From Sminthopsis crassicaudata (lineage: Eukaryota), in the NCBI RefSeq assembly GCF_048593235.1, contig NC_133617.1:418852958-418916957 (forward strand): 64,000 bases of DNA, given 5' to 3'. The position numbers were made by a program, and so were the translations under genes. Below, piece after piece: positions 1 to 16,200 of the stretch. The first letter of the stretch is position 1, and each line of letters opens with the position of its first letter. The notes under the pieces are model-generated. The model did not search any database. It was not told the origin of the DNA and worked only from the letters and a program-made list of their open reading frames with translations.

Positions 1-54
1 ATCTCTATCCCTAGTTTACTGCACTAGAGACTTCAGGGAATTTCTCCTTTTGAT

Positions 55-330
55 GAGATCTGGATCTCTCTCTTTCTCTTCCTCTCCTCCTTTTCTTTCT
101 TCTCTTTCTCTCTCTCCCTCCCTCCCTCTATCTCTGTCTCTCTTCTTCCCTCCTTCCCTCTCTGTCTCTCTGTCTCTATCTCTTTCTTTGTCTGTCTTTT
201 TCTCTCCCTCTGCCTCCTTTCCTCTCTGTCTCTTTATGTGTGTCTTTCTGTGTCTGTTTCTATCTCTGTCTGTCTGTCTCTCCCTCCCTCCCCTCTTTCT
301 GTGTCCCTCCCTCCTTCCCTCCTCTCTCTC
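55..330. repeat. CT/CTGT low-complexity tract
   Basis: Almost pure pyrimidine (TC)n/(TCTG)n mosaic. It explains the ORFs at 16..351 and 50..343. Confidence 0.9.
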
Positions 331-819
331 ATCGAATTCCTGACTGACCAACCATAAAGTTATTCAGGCAAATCTAAAGACCTTGCTTACTTATGATCCT
401 CTCTTATGAAAATAAGATTTATGTAGTACTTTTTGGTTTGCAAATGTCAATGTTTTTCAGAGTGCTATCTAAGAAAGACAGAGTTAGATCTTATATGTGG
501 GTTTATTCCTCCTAAGAAGGAAGGTATGTAGGTTATCCCTAGGCTGGGTTGTTTTTCAGAAGGTATATTGTGGCTCTGTATCAGCTGAGAATAGACATGA
601 GCCAGTCTGAGTCGATTTTGTAGCACTAAACCAACACTGCAAAGAATTTCTGATATGCCCAGCTCAAAGCATGCTCAGTTTGTCACTTCCTTGCTAGTTG
701 AGACTCCCAGGTCAGTCTGGCCTCCTTTGGATAGTAAGAGGCTTGACCAAATCAAGGTGGCTAGTAAAAATCATTAACTGTCTTAGTTTCACACAAAAGA
801 CTTCATATCTATTATTTTC

Positions 820-1290
820 ATTGGGTCTTCACAACATACCTATGAGGCAAGTGCTATTATCCCCATTTCAATGCCTTAGTTTCCTCATCAATAAAATAGG
901 GATAATAGTACCCATCTTCCAGGATTCCTGCAGGTTCAAATAAGATTATATTTGAAAAGTGCTTTGCAAAACTTAGTGTACCATATAAATACTATATTTT
1001 ATAATAAATTATTTCACAGATAAGGAAATTAAGGCAAATAGGGGTTAATCGACTTATCCAAGATTACATGGATTTGATCTCAATAATTAAAAACTCTAAC
1101 CATTTCACCACCTGAATGCATTACGGTGACTAAGTTTCTTTTACCTCTTCCTCTCCCCAGGATACAGAACTGGAAGGGACTTTTAAAGTCATCAAATCTC
1201 ACTCATTATAGGGATAAGTAAACTGAGTTTTAAATTGCCCCAAGGTCACACAGCTAGTAATTGGCCACGGTGAGATTTGAGTTCTGTTTT
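820..1290. mobile_element. MIR-family SINE fragments
   Basis: Core motifs CTTAGTTTCCTCATC...AAAATAGGGATAATAGTA, ACAGATAAGGAAATTAAGGC and CCCAAGGTCACACAGCTAGT. Confidence 0.65.
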
Positions 1291-2485
1291 CTTCACTTGA
1301 AACCCAATCTACTCCAAGATGTTCTCTCCATCTAGAGTCTCTAATATGGTTGTGGGAAATCGACAATGGGGAGAATAACCCCACTTAGCAACCCCCTAAA
1401 AACAATCAGTGGCTTCTTTGGTCAGATGACCCCTATCAATCCTAACTTGGGCCCCAGGGCCTCAGCTGTGGGGAGAGCTGTGGACAAAGATTAAGTAAAC
1501 ACATGTTCAGTTATAACCTTGAATTCTGTATCATGGGTGGTTTGCAATGGGCAGGGCTGGAATGAGGTTAGGGGGGAAGAAGAGATAAGTTTCGTTCACC
1601 TTTCTCTTCCTGTGACTCCAAGATCCCATACCTTTCCCCCTCCCCCCCCCCTACTCCCTCTCTTTGCAAAAGAAGAGATGAACTAATTACATGATCTTGG
1701 CTGGGCAAGAGAGTTTTCTTTTATGAGCCTCAACTTTCTTGTCTATGAAGTCCTTTAACTTTAAACTGAAGCTCTTACTTTAGCTTTCAGGAATGAGGCT
1801 TGTGTTGTAATGCCAGAGAAACTGAACAAGATAGAGATTAGAGAGTATTTAATAATTTATTAAATGGAGAGATATACTGGGATCAAATGGATCCCTGGTT
1901 TGGTCCCAGGGCTGAATGAGACTATGATCTCCAAGAATCGAGCAAACAATGTGAGTTCCCAAAGACAAATATATATATACTTGGCTCAGATGCAGAGGGT
2001 AGACTGAGGCAGGGGCAGAGTCAGGGTCCTGAGATAGAGAAAGGGACTCTGACTGAGTGGGGTGAGCCTCTGGAGATGAGATGACATAATCAGGGGGAGG
2101 CACCCCGGACATGGGGAGAGGCATCTTGAAAGACAGTATCTGACATTCTGGTAGCTTGAGATGGGGGAGAGGCATTCTGATATTCTAAAACATAAGATCT
2201 TTTATCCTTATCAAGTGTTCTGATAAAAAGGGAGGGGAAGTTTTGCAGAACTGAGAAGCAGGGAAACCAAGGCAAAACTGAGTCAGGATAATTAGGGAAA
2301 CTAAGTCAGGACAATAAAAGAGAATTGTGGCATAACAGTGTACCCCTATTGACTATATTTAACCCTAAGGTCCTGAATGATCTAGCAAAAAGATTGCATT
2401 CTAGTCATTCCTAATCTGAGGAATGTCCGATGGCAGAAATTCCAAGGTTCTGTCTGAGGAAAAGGGAGAGAAATAAAGTGGAGCT

Positions 2486-2657
2486 GGGGCAGCTAGGTGG
2501 TGCAGTGGATAGAGCACCAGCCTTGAATTCAGGAGGACCCGAGTCCAAATCTAGTCTCAGACACTTAACACTTCCTAGCTGTGTGACCCTGGGCAAGTCA
2601 CTTAGCCCCAGCCTCAGGAAAACAAACAAACAAACAAACAAATAAATAGATAAATAA
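2486..2657 (+). mobile_element. WSINE1-type tRNA-derived SINE
   Basis: GGGGCAGCTAGGTGGTGCAGTGGATAGAGCACCAGCC...CTAGCTGTGTGACCCTGGGCAAGTCACTT with an (AAAC)n/A-rich tail. Confidence 0.85.
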
Positions 2658-3079
2658 GTTGGAGCTGGAACATTAAAGTTGTTGCATGGATGTCCCAAAC
2701 TCTCTCAAGCTAGAACTTTCATTAGGAGGTAATACTATTCAGTAGCCACATATTCTTTATAATATTCTTGAATTTTGTTGTAGTTGAAAAGATGCTCTAA
2801 TTCCATTGACTTCCAGAAGTTCTCTTGGTCTTTTTCAGTATTCTCTTAAATAATGTCTGCCTTAGCTCAACTATTCCATGGTTTCAGTTTAAAATCCTAA
2901 TAGATAACTCTATTTCTACTTCCCGCAGACCTTTTCTCAATGAATATGTCTACCTAGATATCTCACTAGTAACAATGACACAAAATGTCCAAATTTGAGT
3001 TTATCATCTTTTTGAAACCTGCCTTTTCCTTAAATCTTTTATTCTATTCATTTGTTTGTCTTTAAATCTTCATGACCTC

Positions 3080-3270
3080 ATTTGAAGTTTTCTTGGAAAG
3101 ATACTGGAATGTTTGCCATTTTCTTCTCCAGTTCTTTTTACAGATGAGGAAACTGAGGTAAACAGGTTTAAGTGACTTGTCTAGGGTCACACCACTAGTA
3201 AGTGTCTGAGGCTAGATTTGAACTCAGGAAGATGAAACTTCCTGTTTCCAAGCCCAATGTTCTATTCACT
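3080..3270 (-). mobile_element. MAR1-type SINE
   Basis: Reverse-complement MAR1 tail and core: TTTTCTTGGAAAGATACTGGAATG...ACAGATGAGGAAACTGAGG...GATTTGAACTCAGG. Confidence 0.75.
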
Positions 3271-4154
3271 AAGTGTTCTATGGCACTTAGCTTCCCATTC
3301 TATTGGTAGTACTACAATATTGAATTACTTAGGCTTCATGTTTAACTTTTCTCTTTCCATTAATCCATTAATCACCAATCAGCTTTCAAGTCCAATTGAG
3401 GCTATCTTGGCAAAATCTATTGAACCAGCTGGGGTTCAGGGATGTCTTAATGATGTCTCTGAAAGAATTCAGGCTCAGATCATCTCCAAATCAAGTAACA
3501 ATATTTATCTATTTGAATTTTATGTACTCAGTGGATCTTTCATAAGGGAAAAAGTCATTTAGCAGAAGCTAGGATTTATATAGAGATGGGAGAGTAAGAA
3601 AAACAGGAGAATTGGGCAAAACCAGAAAAATTGATAAGATTTTTCACATATAGGCATTGTATAGGTAAAGTCCTTTTCTTCTTTATGCTTGGACATATCT
3701 TAAATAAGATTTTGTACACATGAATGCTGTATGGGGAAAAAAAATAGAATCCTTTGGTGTTTCCAAGCCAATATTAGTTATCAGACATTCTGCTTTAAGT
3801 GGGTATCTGCTTGTGACTGATCCACTGGGACCCCCTGAATACTGACATGTTTATTGCTCACTGCAGAAAACTTTTGTTTATCTCATCAAACCTATCCATT
3901 TCTTTCCACCTTTACTCTTAATAGTGTCCCCAAAATGAGTGTAGAAGATTGAGTGCTGGGCCTGGAGGGAGGAAAATCTGAGTGCTAAACCGAACCTCTA
4001 ACACTCAGTGTGAGCTGTTACCTTAGAATAGCTTCTTGACTTCCAGTTTTACAGACTACCATCTGTAAAATGAGGAGCTGAACTATCTCTAAATTTCCTA
4101 CTAAATTGAAATAAATTAAGATCACTTCATTACCTTTTCCTTTATCATGATAAA

Positions 4155-4310
4155 ATCTTAATTGTCCTCCTGCCTCCGATCTCTCTTCTCTCACACCTGC
4201 CCAGATTTCCCTAAATCACTGTTCTAACCATATTACTCCTCTGCTCAAAAAAGTCTTCAATGGCTCCCTGTTTCTAACTGAATAAAGTATATAAGCATTG
4301 AAAACCCTCT
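4155..4310 (+). mobile_element. L2 LINE fragment
   Basis: CTCCTCTGCTCAAAA..CTTCAATGGCTCCC is typical of the L2 3' region. Confidence 0.6.
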
Positions 4311-4321
4311 GTAGACGATTG

Positions 4322-4865
4322 CAGGCAACTAGGTGGTTTAGTGGATGGGATACCAGGCCTGGAGTCAGAAAGACCTGAGTTCAAATCCATTCTCAGACAA
4401 TTAGCTTCGTGATACTGGATAAATCACTTAAATTTGTTTGCTTTGGTTTCCTCATTTATAAATGAACTGGAGAAGGAAAGAGCAAATCACTCTAGCATCT
4501 TTGTCAAGAAAACCCAAATGAGGTCATGAAGAATTGGACACAACTTAAAAAACAGACACTAGTTCCGACCTATCTTTCTAGCTATTCTCTTATACTTCAA
4601 ATTGGGCTGCCCATTAACCTGAATGTTTTCATTCCATTTTACACCCTTTTTTCTTTACAATCTACCTTATACTTGAAATGCATAAATTTAAAGTGTCTGG
4701 TCGTAGACATTAAGTTGTGTGACCCTGAGCAAGTCATTTACCCCCGTCTGCCTCAGTTTTCCATCTGTAAAATGAGTTGGAGAAGGAAAAGGCAGATCAC
4801 TCCCATATCTTTGCAAAGAAAACCCCACGCGGTCAGGAAGAGTCCGAAGTGATAGAAATCAACAG
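4322..4865 (+). mobile_element. Two MAR1-type SINEs (about 4322-4556 and 4700-4865)
   Basis: CORE-SINE head and core followed by the GGAGAAGGAAA..GCAAA..CACTC..TCTTTG.CAAGAAAACCC tail. Confidence 0.75.
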
Positions 4866-5280
4866 AGTAACATTCCTTTATTAGATCATAATCTCCAACC
4901 AGTCGGTCAGCAACCACTTATTATGTGCTTGGCTTTGTGCCAAGTGTTTCCTTTACGAAGAAATCGTCACTGCACACAAGGGCTGTGCTTCCAGGAAAAC
5001 CTGCAGTAGAGTCCTGTAATAAACACTCTACCAGAAAGAAAAGGAAACACTGTAACACTCATATGGGGACTGGGGAGAAAAGAGAGCATCGCGGTTACAC
5101 AGTAACCAGGTAAACAGTTTTGTCTGCTTGAGACGTCTTCCTTAAGGTCTACGGGGCCCAGGACTAGAAGAGTATCACCTGTTTCTCCACGACGCCGCCT
5201 TCCCCCAAAATCCCCGCCAGAGCCCTAATAGTTGCATTCGGCTAAATGGAATTGAATTGAGTGAGAGCCTGCGTCCAGGC

Positions 5281-5360
5281 AAGGTCCAATCGGGAGCTTC
5301 TGGGGGAGCCGTCACGTGTTGGCGCGGGGCCAATGGGCCGAGAGAGGGCGGGGCCAAGCT
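5281..5360 (+). promoter_or_regulatory. GALT: GALT CpG-island core promoter
   Basis: CCAAT at 5286-5290 and 5330-5334, E-box GTCACGTG at 5311-5318, E2F-like TTGGCGCG at 5319-5326, GC box GGGCGGGG at 5346-5353. Lies about 80-150 nt upstream of the ATG, within CpG-rich sequence of roughly 5170-5720. Confidence 0.7.
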
Positions 5361-5431
5361 CAGGTCCGCCAGTGCGGCTCTCGGGGTCACCAGTACGCCT
5401 GGGCTGCTGAGTCCGGCAGCTGTGTGGTAGC

Positions 5432-10822
<5,391 letters not shown>

Positions 10823-10939
10823 CATGTGGTCCTGTGGAGGAAGCCACGCTTAGGACAGTTCCAAGCTGCTCTCTACATCTCCACCCCCAATTTACTTCAA
10901 CCCCCTTATCTCATAGGTGGAGGAAGGTCTTGAATTGCA

Positions 10940-10945
10940 AATAAA
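10940..10945 (+). terminator. GALT: GALT polyadenylation signal
   Basis: AATAAA about 120 nt after the stop codon, followed by a T/GT-rich stretch. Confidence 0.75.
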
Positions 10946-11844
10946 TCTTTTGTTCCTGGCTTCAGTAGCTGCTTAGAGAGGGGAGGAGGAAGAAGACTGT
11001 TTCCCCTTGCCTCTGGTCTGAGGCCTTGAGGGGTGCCCTGTGCTTTGGGGGCCAGCCTCCCTGAGGCTCCTGTGGATAGTAGTCAAACCCTAGCCAGGCT
11101 GGAGCCAGGTTCTGCCAAAGTCTGGCCCTGTATCAGCCCTTCAGGGAGGGGGCCCAGACAAGCCGGCGGCGGTGCCTCTCTGCTGGCAGACACTCCACAA
11201 GGGTGTTCACATGGCTCGCTTTCGCCCTCCCTCCTCCCTCCTCCCTCTTTCCTCCTCCCTCCTCCCTCGGGCTGTAGGCACACTGATACAGTGATCAGTT
11301 ATGAGTCTGTAGCAGCCTTCCTGGAATGGGGGAATAGGGGGCCAGGGTGGGGAAGGATTCCAGACGGGTAGAGAACTTTACAGACTACTTTAACACTAAC
11401 TTCACTGAATTTTTAGGATAGACAGCCTGATGTGGAATGGAGAACCGGAAATATTAGTGTTCGTTTACATAAATGGCCAGTCCTAGGCCCATACTCTTGA
11501 TTTGTGGGCAGGGTGGGGCTTGGCTTGGAGCTGGGTCTGAATCTTAGCCCTGCTTCTTAGCAGCTCTGTGACCTGGAGTGGAAGACCAGGGCCATTTTTT
11601 GTTCATGTAAAGTGGGGATGGGGAAGGGAGTCCACAACAAGGAAGAGATTTATCTTTAAAGGTCCCTTTTAGCTGTAAATTGTGTGATTTCTGGTCCGTC
11701 GTTATTTCCACTATATTATGGATCCATTCCAAGTCTTGGGTCCTGGCTCTGCTTCAGGAGCCAACAAGAACTCAAAACTTTGGGAAAGGAATTTCACCTC
11801 TAGTCCTTGGTTTCCTTGGGTAAAATGAATCCCTTGTGCTAAAT

Positions 11845-12035
11845 CAGGCTTCTTAATCTGGGGTCTGGATAGACTTCAGGGGGTCTGAACTTGGAAGAGG
11901 GGAAATTTATACTTATTTTCACTAATCTTTAAATTTGGCATTTCCTTCAATGTAGGCAACAAAAACTTAAATATGAGAAGAGGTCTGAAAACACCAAATT
12001 GCCAAAGGGATCCAGAGCACAAAAAACCCTAGATT
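11845..12035 (+). mobile_element. hAT/Charlie-like MITE, degraded
   Basis: Starts CAGGCTTCTTAATCTGGGGTC and resembles the 59105-59323 element along its length (TGCCAAAGGG...CACAAAAAA). Confidence 0.5.
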
Positions 12036-12699
12036 TGCTATCTAAGAGTCCTTAACATCTCTTGCCATTCAAGAATGGATTTTAGGATCATTACTTTCCT
12101 GCTACAGTTTGCCTCATTTCACTTGAGGTTCCCCATTTCGAATATTAAACCATAAAGTGAAGAGAGTAGGAGAAATGGCAGGAATGTCATGAAAGGTTAA
12201 GGTCTTTGAGGGAAGGGTCTCGAAGCACTTTTCTTTGAGCTGGGAGCTCTGAAGCCAGTGAAATTGTAAGGATCCTTATTGAAGTTCCCCTTCCTCTTTA
12301 CCCGACTTAATTAGCCTTCAATTATCTAAATGCTATTAGCTGGCCGACTTCTACCCCAAACCCTTCCATCAATTACCCAATACTGTTTTGTCTGCAATAC
12401 ACTCTTATCAACAGTCTAAGGCATTTTCCAAAGGTGGATTAGTCTAACATCCTATTGGGGCAGCTGGGTGCGGGGGAAGAATGGGGACTTTCCCGTATTC
12501 TCAAATTAGGGGACATGTCTTCTGGCGAAGATCCAGGAGAACCAGCCTTGAACCTTTCCAACAGAAATCCAGGGCTCTGGACCTCCGGAGTTACAATTCT
12601 CGCTTGGGTTTTCTCAATTTGAAACCTTGGCTTTCCAACCCTAAGACCCTCACTCAGCCTCTTAACACTCCCTCGGTAGCCCCCTTCTAGACTCCCGCC

Positions 12700-13150
12700 C
12701 TCCCTCAAACTTGCTGCCCCTCCCGCTCGCGGGACAGGAAGTGTCCGGGCAGGGGTGGGGGCCTGGGCGGTGGCTGGTGATTGGCAGTGCAGGACTCCAA
12801 TGGGCCTCAGAGCCCACCCCTTTACCCTTATTCCCCAACTCCGCCGGGACCGGAGGGCAAGAGCCGGCCCCGCTCTGCCCTCAGGGGCGGGGGGCCGGAG
12901 GCTGTGTAGCGGAGGAGGGAGCGGGCGGGCTGGCGGCGGCGGCGGCCGCGTAAGGTGAGGACCCGACCGGTGGGCGGGGGGGCGGTGTAAACGCAGCTGG
13001 TCCCTCTGCGGGGCTTCGACCCGGGTGTGTCTCCCCAGTCTAGGGTGGAGAGCTTGGATTGGGTGTTACAACGCGTGCCGGTCTCCCCGGCCACCCTTAA
13101 ATCCCAGGCCCTCTTTAAGCTCGTTCCCTTTGTGCGCGGATCTTCTCGCT
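12700..13150 (+). promoter_or_regulatory. IL11RA: IL11RA CpG-island promoter and probable non-coding exon 1 (donor AAG|GTGAGG after 12954)
   Basis: CpG/GC-rich island with GC boxes, an ETS motif CAGGAAGT near 12735, a (GGC)n run and a strong donor. The first coding exon starts with ATG directly at its acceptor, so an upstream non-coding exon is required. Confidence 0.6.
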
Positions 13151-13362
13151 ATCTTTTCTCATATGTCCCATTCCCTGAGATGTGTTTACGAATTGATATT
13201 TTAGATACTTGGGGAAGGCGAGAGGACCATGTTTGTGTTGGGGAAAACGGGAAGCCTGGTACCCCAACTTTGTGTGTGTGTGTGCGCTCGGAGTGGAGGG
13301 AGCTATCGGGAGACTGCAAAGTAACATGCGTAGATGCTTGAGAGTGTGCCTACGTGGGGGTA

Positions 13363-13363
<1 letters not shown>

Positions 13364-13414
<51 letters not shown>
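13364..13414. repeat. (TG)25 microsatellite, IL11RA intron 1
   Basis: Perfect dinucleotide run. Confidence 0.95.
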
Positions 13415-13416
<2 letters not shown>

Positions 13417-14687
13417 AGATATGGCCAAGGACACTTCCTGAAGTTGGACCCCCTTACTCCATATACACCCCCTGCTCCTTCTGCTTTCCGCGAGTAGGGA
13501 GAGAGAGAAGGAAACCTGATGGGAGAGGAAGGGAGACGGGAGAAAATAAAGAAAAATGGAGAACAGTAAGGGAGACAGACACCGGGAGACGGGGGGTAGG
13601 GGTAGCGGGGCGAGAAACTAGGGAGGGGAGTCAGGGATTGCAAAGGTGGAGAGAAGTGTGAGGGGTGGGAGAAGGGCTTGAGCCAGAGTTTTGAGGGGCC
13701 TGAAGAGGGGTTTGGAGGGAGGGCGGGGCTGCAAGTTGCCAGAGTTTCCTGAGGGAGGAGTTTAGGGGGTTGAATTATCTGCCAAACGCAAGAGCTCTCC
13801 ATCCTCTATCCCCGGCCTCAAGACCTTCCCCCTTCCCTCTCACCCTCTGGGGAGAAGCCCTGCCCAGCTGTGGGGAAACATCTGGTGGAGCTGGAGAAAT
13901 GGCGAGAGGAAATGTGTATGTGTGGAGGGAATTTGTTTCTTTTCGTCTCTCTATCTGCATAAGAATGTTGATTATGCCTGTGCAGTGTCTTAAGGAAAGG
14001 CATGTCTATCTAATTGCTCATGGAGCTTGTTTCTCTGTCTGTACAGTGAGTGCCAGGGTATCTACGAATGTGTCTCTGCAGCTGTTTCTAGGTACCCACA
14101 TCTGTACTGGTGTCTGGTCTGTACCTGCCTTTCTGTGTATGCTTTGTGAATCTGCTTGAGTGCATGTCTTAGGGGATTTCATTTGTGCAGACCTATGTAC
14201 TGCCCTCTCTGAATTTAGTGGTGACCATTCAGCATTCCAGTTAAAAGTTGGGTTCTTGTGGGGGGGAGGAGAAGAGGGATACAACATGTGAAGCATTACA
14301 TTCCCCTTTCTGCCTCCCAACACACACACAGGACACACACATGCATCGTTACACAAATGAACCCACCCATGTGGGCACACACAAATTTCAATTATTCACA
14401 GGCCCTTGTTTGAGTGATGGGACACAGAAGAATGGCATTAGGGAAGTGGGTAGACCTGAGGCCTCCTTTCCAGTCTATAGGACTTGGGGGGGGGGGCGTC
14501 CTGGCAGTGGAAGAGGCCCATTCCTTAGCTCTGGCCTTACCCCTAGGCTGGGAGTAGGGGAAGGAGGAGGAGGGGGGCCTGGCTGAGGGGCAGCCACATT
14601 CTGCCAGGGAATGGTGGGGGAGAAGGGGGTGGGAATTGGAGGAGCCAGGCAAGGGGAAGTGGGGAGAGGGGGGCTGCCTTGAACTCC

Positions 14688-14714
14688 CAGAGCTCAGAGC
14701 TCAGAGCTCAGAGC
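14688..14714. repeat. (CAGAGCT)x3.9 tandem heptamer
   Basis: CAGAGCT CAGAGCT CAGAGCT CAGAGC. Confidence 0.85.
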
Positions 14715-15742
14715 AGAGAACACAAGCAGAGCTGGAGTTGGCTTCGGGCTGGAGGGAGGAGGAAGGATCATGGCTACAGAGAACTCCAGGAATTAAGGTA
14801 GGGGTAGAACAAAACTCGGGGGGGGGGGTGTCCAAAGTGATAGAAGCCCTATCTCTCACTCCATAGGAGAAATTATCTGTGTCCCCATACATACAGTCAA
14901 ACCACGATACAGACATGTGTACACACAGATACCTGCACACAGTGCCTTGTGTCTGAGACTGGCTGTTCCATGAAGTCTTTACTGCTCTGTTCCCCCTCCC
15001 CCCCACTCATCTCTGTCACACGCAATTCACGTTCCTTCTGTATCTCCCAGCTCCATTCTTATTCCTCCTTCCTTAAGGTGTCTCTCATCCCCTCCTCGGT
15101 CCCCTACCTCCCTTTTGTCTCTGGGCCTCTGGCAGCTGCTGTTGCATCTGGATCTCATTAGTCCTTTATTTCCCCTATTTCTCCCCTCCCTCTCCCTAAG
15201 CCTCTAAGGCTCCTTCCTAGGAGTGAATCCTGAAGAAAACTAAGAAAAGAGAGGGACAGGGTGGCCCAGCAACTGCTCAGAGCCAGACTGTCTCATCTCA
15301 GCCTTTTCGGCCCAGAGGGGGAGAGGATGAAGGACTCTGATTGGCTTAGGTGGGATTGGGGGTCAGAATATGGCTACATCCTGATACTATCTCCCCTGTT
15401 AGTGGAAGCTCCCCCTCCCCAATCTGAGCCATCCCAGGAGGCATCGGGAGTGAGGTGGGGTGATGGAATGGTTGGGTCTCCAGAATATCTCCCAGAGAGA
15501 GCACGTTTCTTAGGTTCAAGGGTTCAAATTTATCCACGTCTTTCTAAATGAGTCTGGCTATCTTCTGGGTCAGACATCTAGAGGAAAAGGGTTAACGGTG
15601 AGCTGGGCCAAGCTGGAGTGGGATGGGGGGAGCTGCTTTAGCAGGGCCAACATTCTGAGCTAGCCCCAGTGCCAAGGGTTGTCAGGAGGAGGCGGGGGTC
15701 TGGCACGGACCCCAACGCCTCCAGCTTTTGTCCTGGGCTCCC

Positions 15743-15782
15743 GGCCCAGAAGTGGGGCTCCTGGCCCAGAAGTGGGGCTCCT
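15743..15782. repeat. Perfect 20-bp tandem duplication
   Basis: GGCCCAGAAGTGGGGCTCCT x2. Confidence 0.9.
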
Positions 15783-16200
15783 GGGGGCTGGGGTGGGGGT
15801 AGGAGTGGTGGTGGAGGGGGTGGGACTCTGTGTGTATTAGTCTGGCTCTGTGTGGGAGCATACGTATCAGGATTATGAGTGTGAAGTGTGCGTGTGGGCA
15901 TTTTTGTGACTATATTGTCTCTGTCTCTGCCTTTGTTTGTATATGTGAGTGTATGTGGGTCATTGTATGTGGGCTGGTCTCTAGGGGAAATCTGTCCCCC
16001 TGCCCCAGAGAATGAGAGGCCCTCTCAGTGATTGATCTACTTTGTGCCTTGATTTCCCTTTTGGAAGGATAAAGATCCCTGGGAAGGAGAAAAGAAAGAA
16101 ATAGTGCCCAGGAGGAAACAGCACTCCTGCAAGGGGGGAGGGATGTTCAGAGAAGTCTGGGGTTCCCTTGGGGTGACCTTACACTCTGCTCTTTTGCCAG

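Noticed and set aside
16-351. 111-aa and 97-aa ORFs
   Set aside because: Translation of a CT/GA microsatellite mosaic; no splice context.
1480-1560. FOX-like GTAAACA and AP-2/EBF-like motifs in non-repetitive DNA upstream of GALT
   Set aside because: Short motifs expected by chance; conservation cannot be assessed here.
3257-3562. 101-aa ORF with protein-like composition
   Set aside because: Non-ATG start inside a SINE, no recognisable family and no splice partners. Possibly an old TE fragment.
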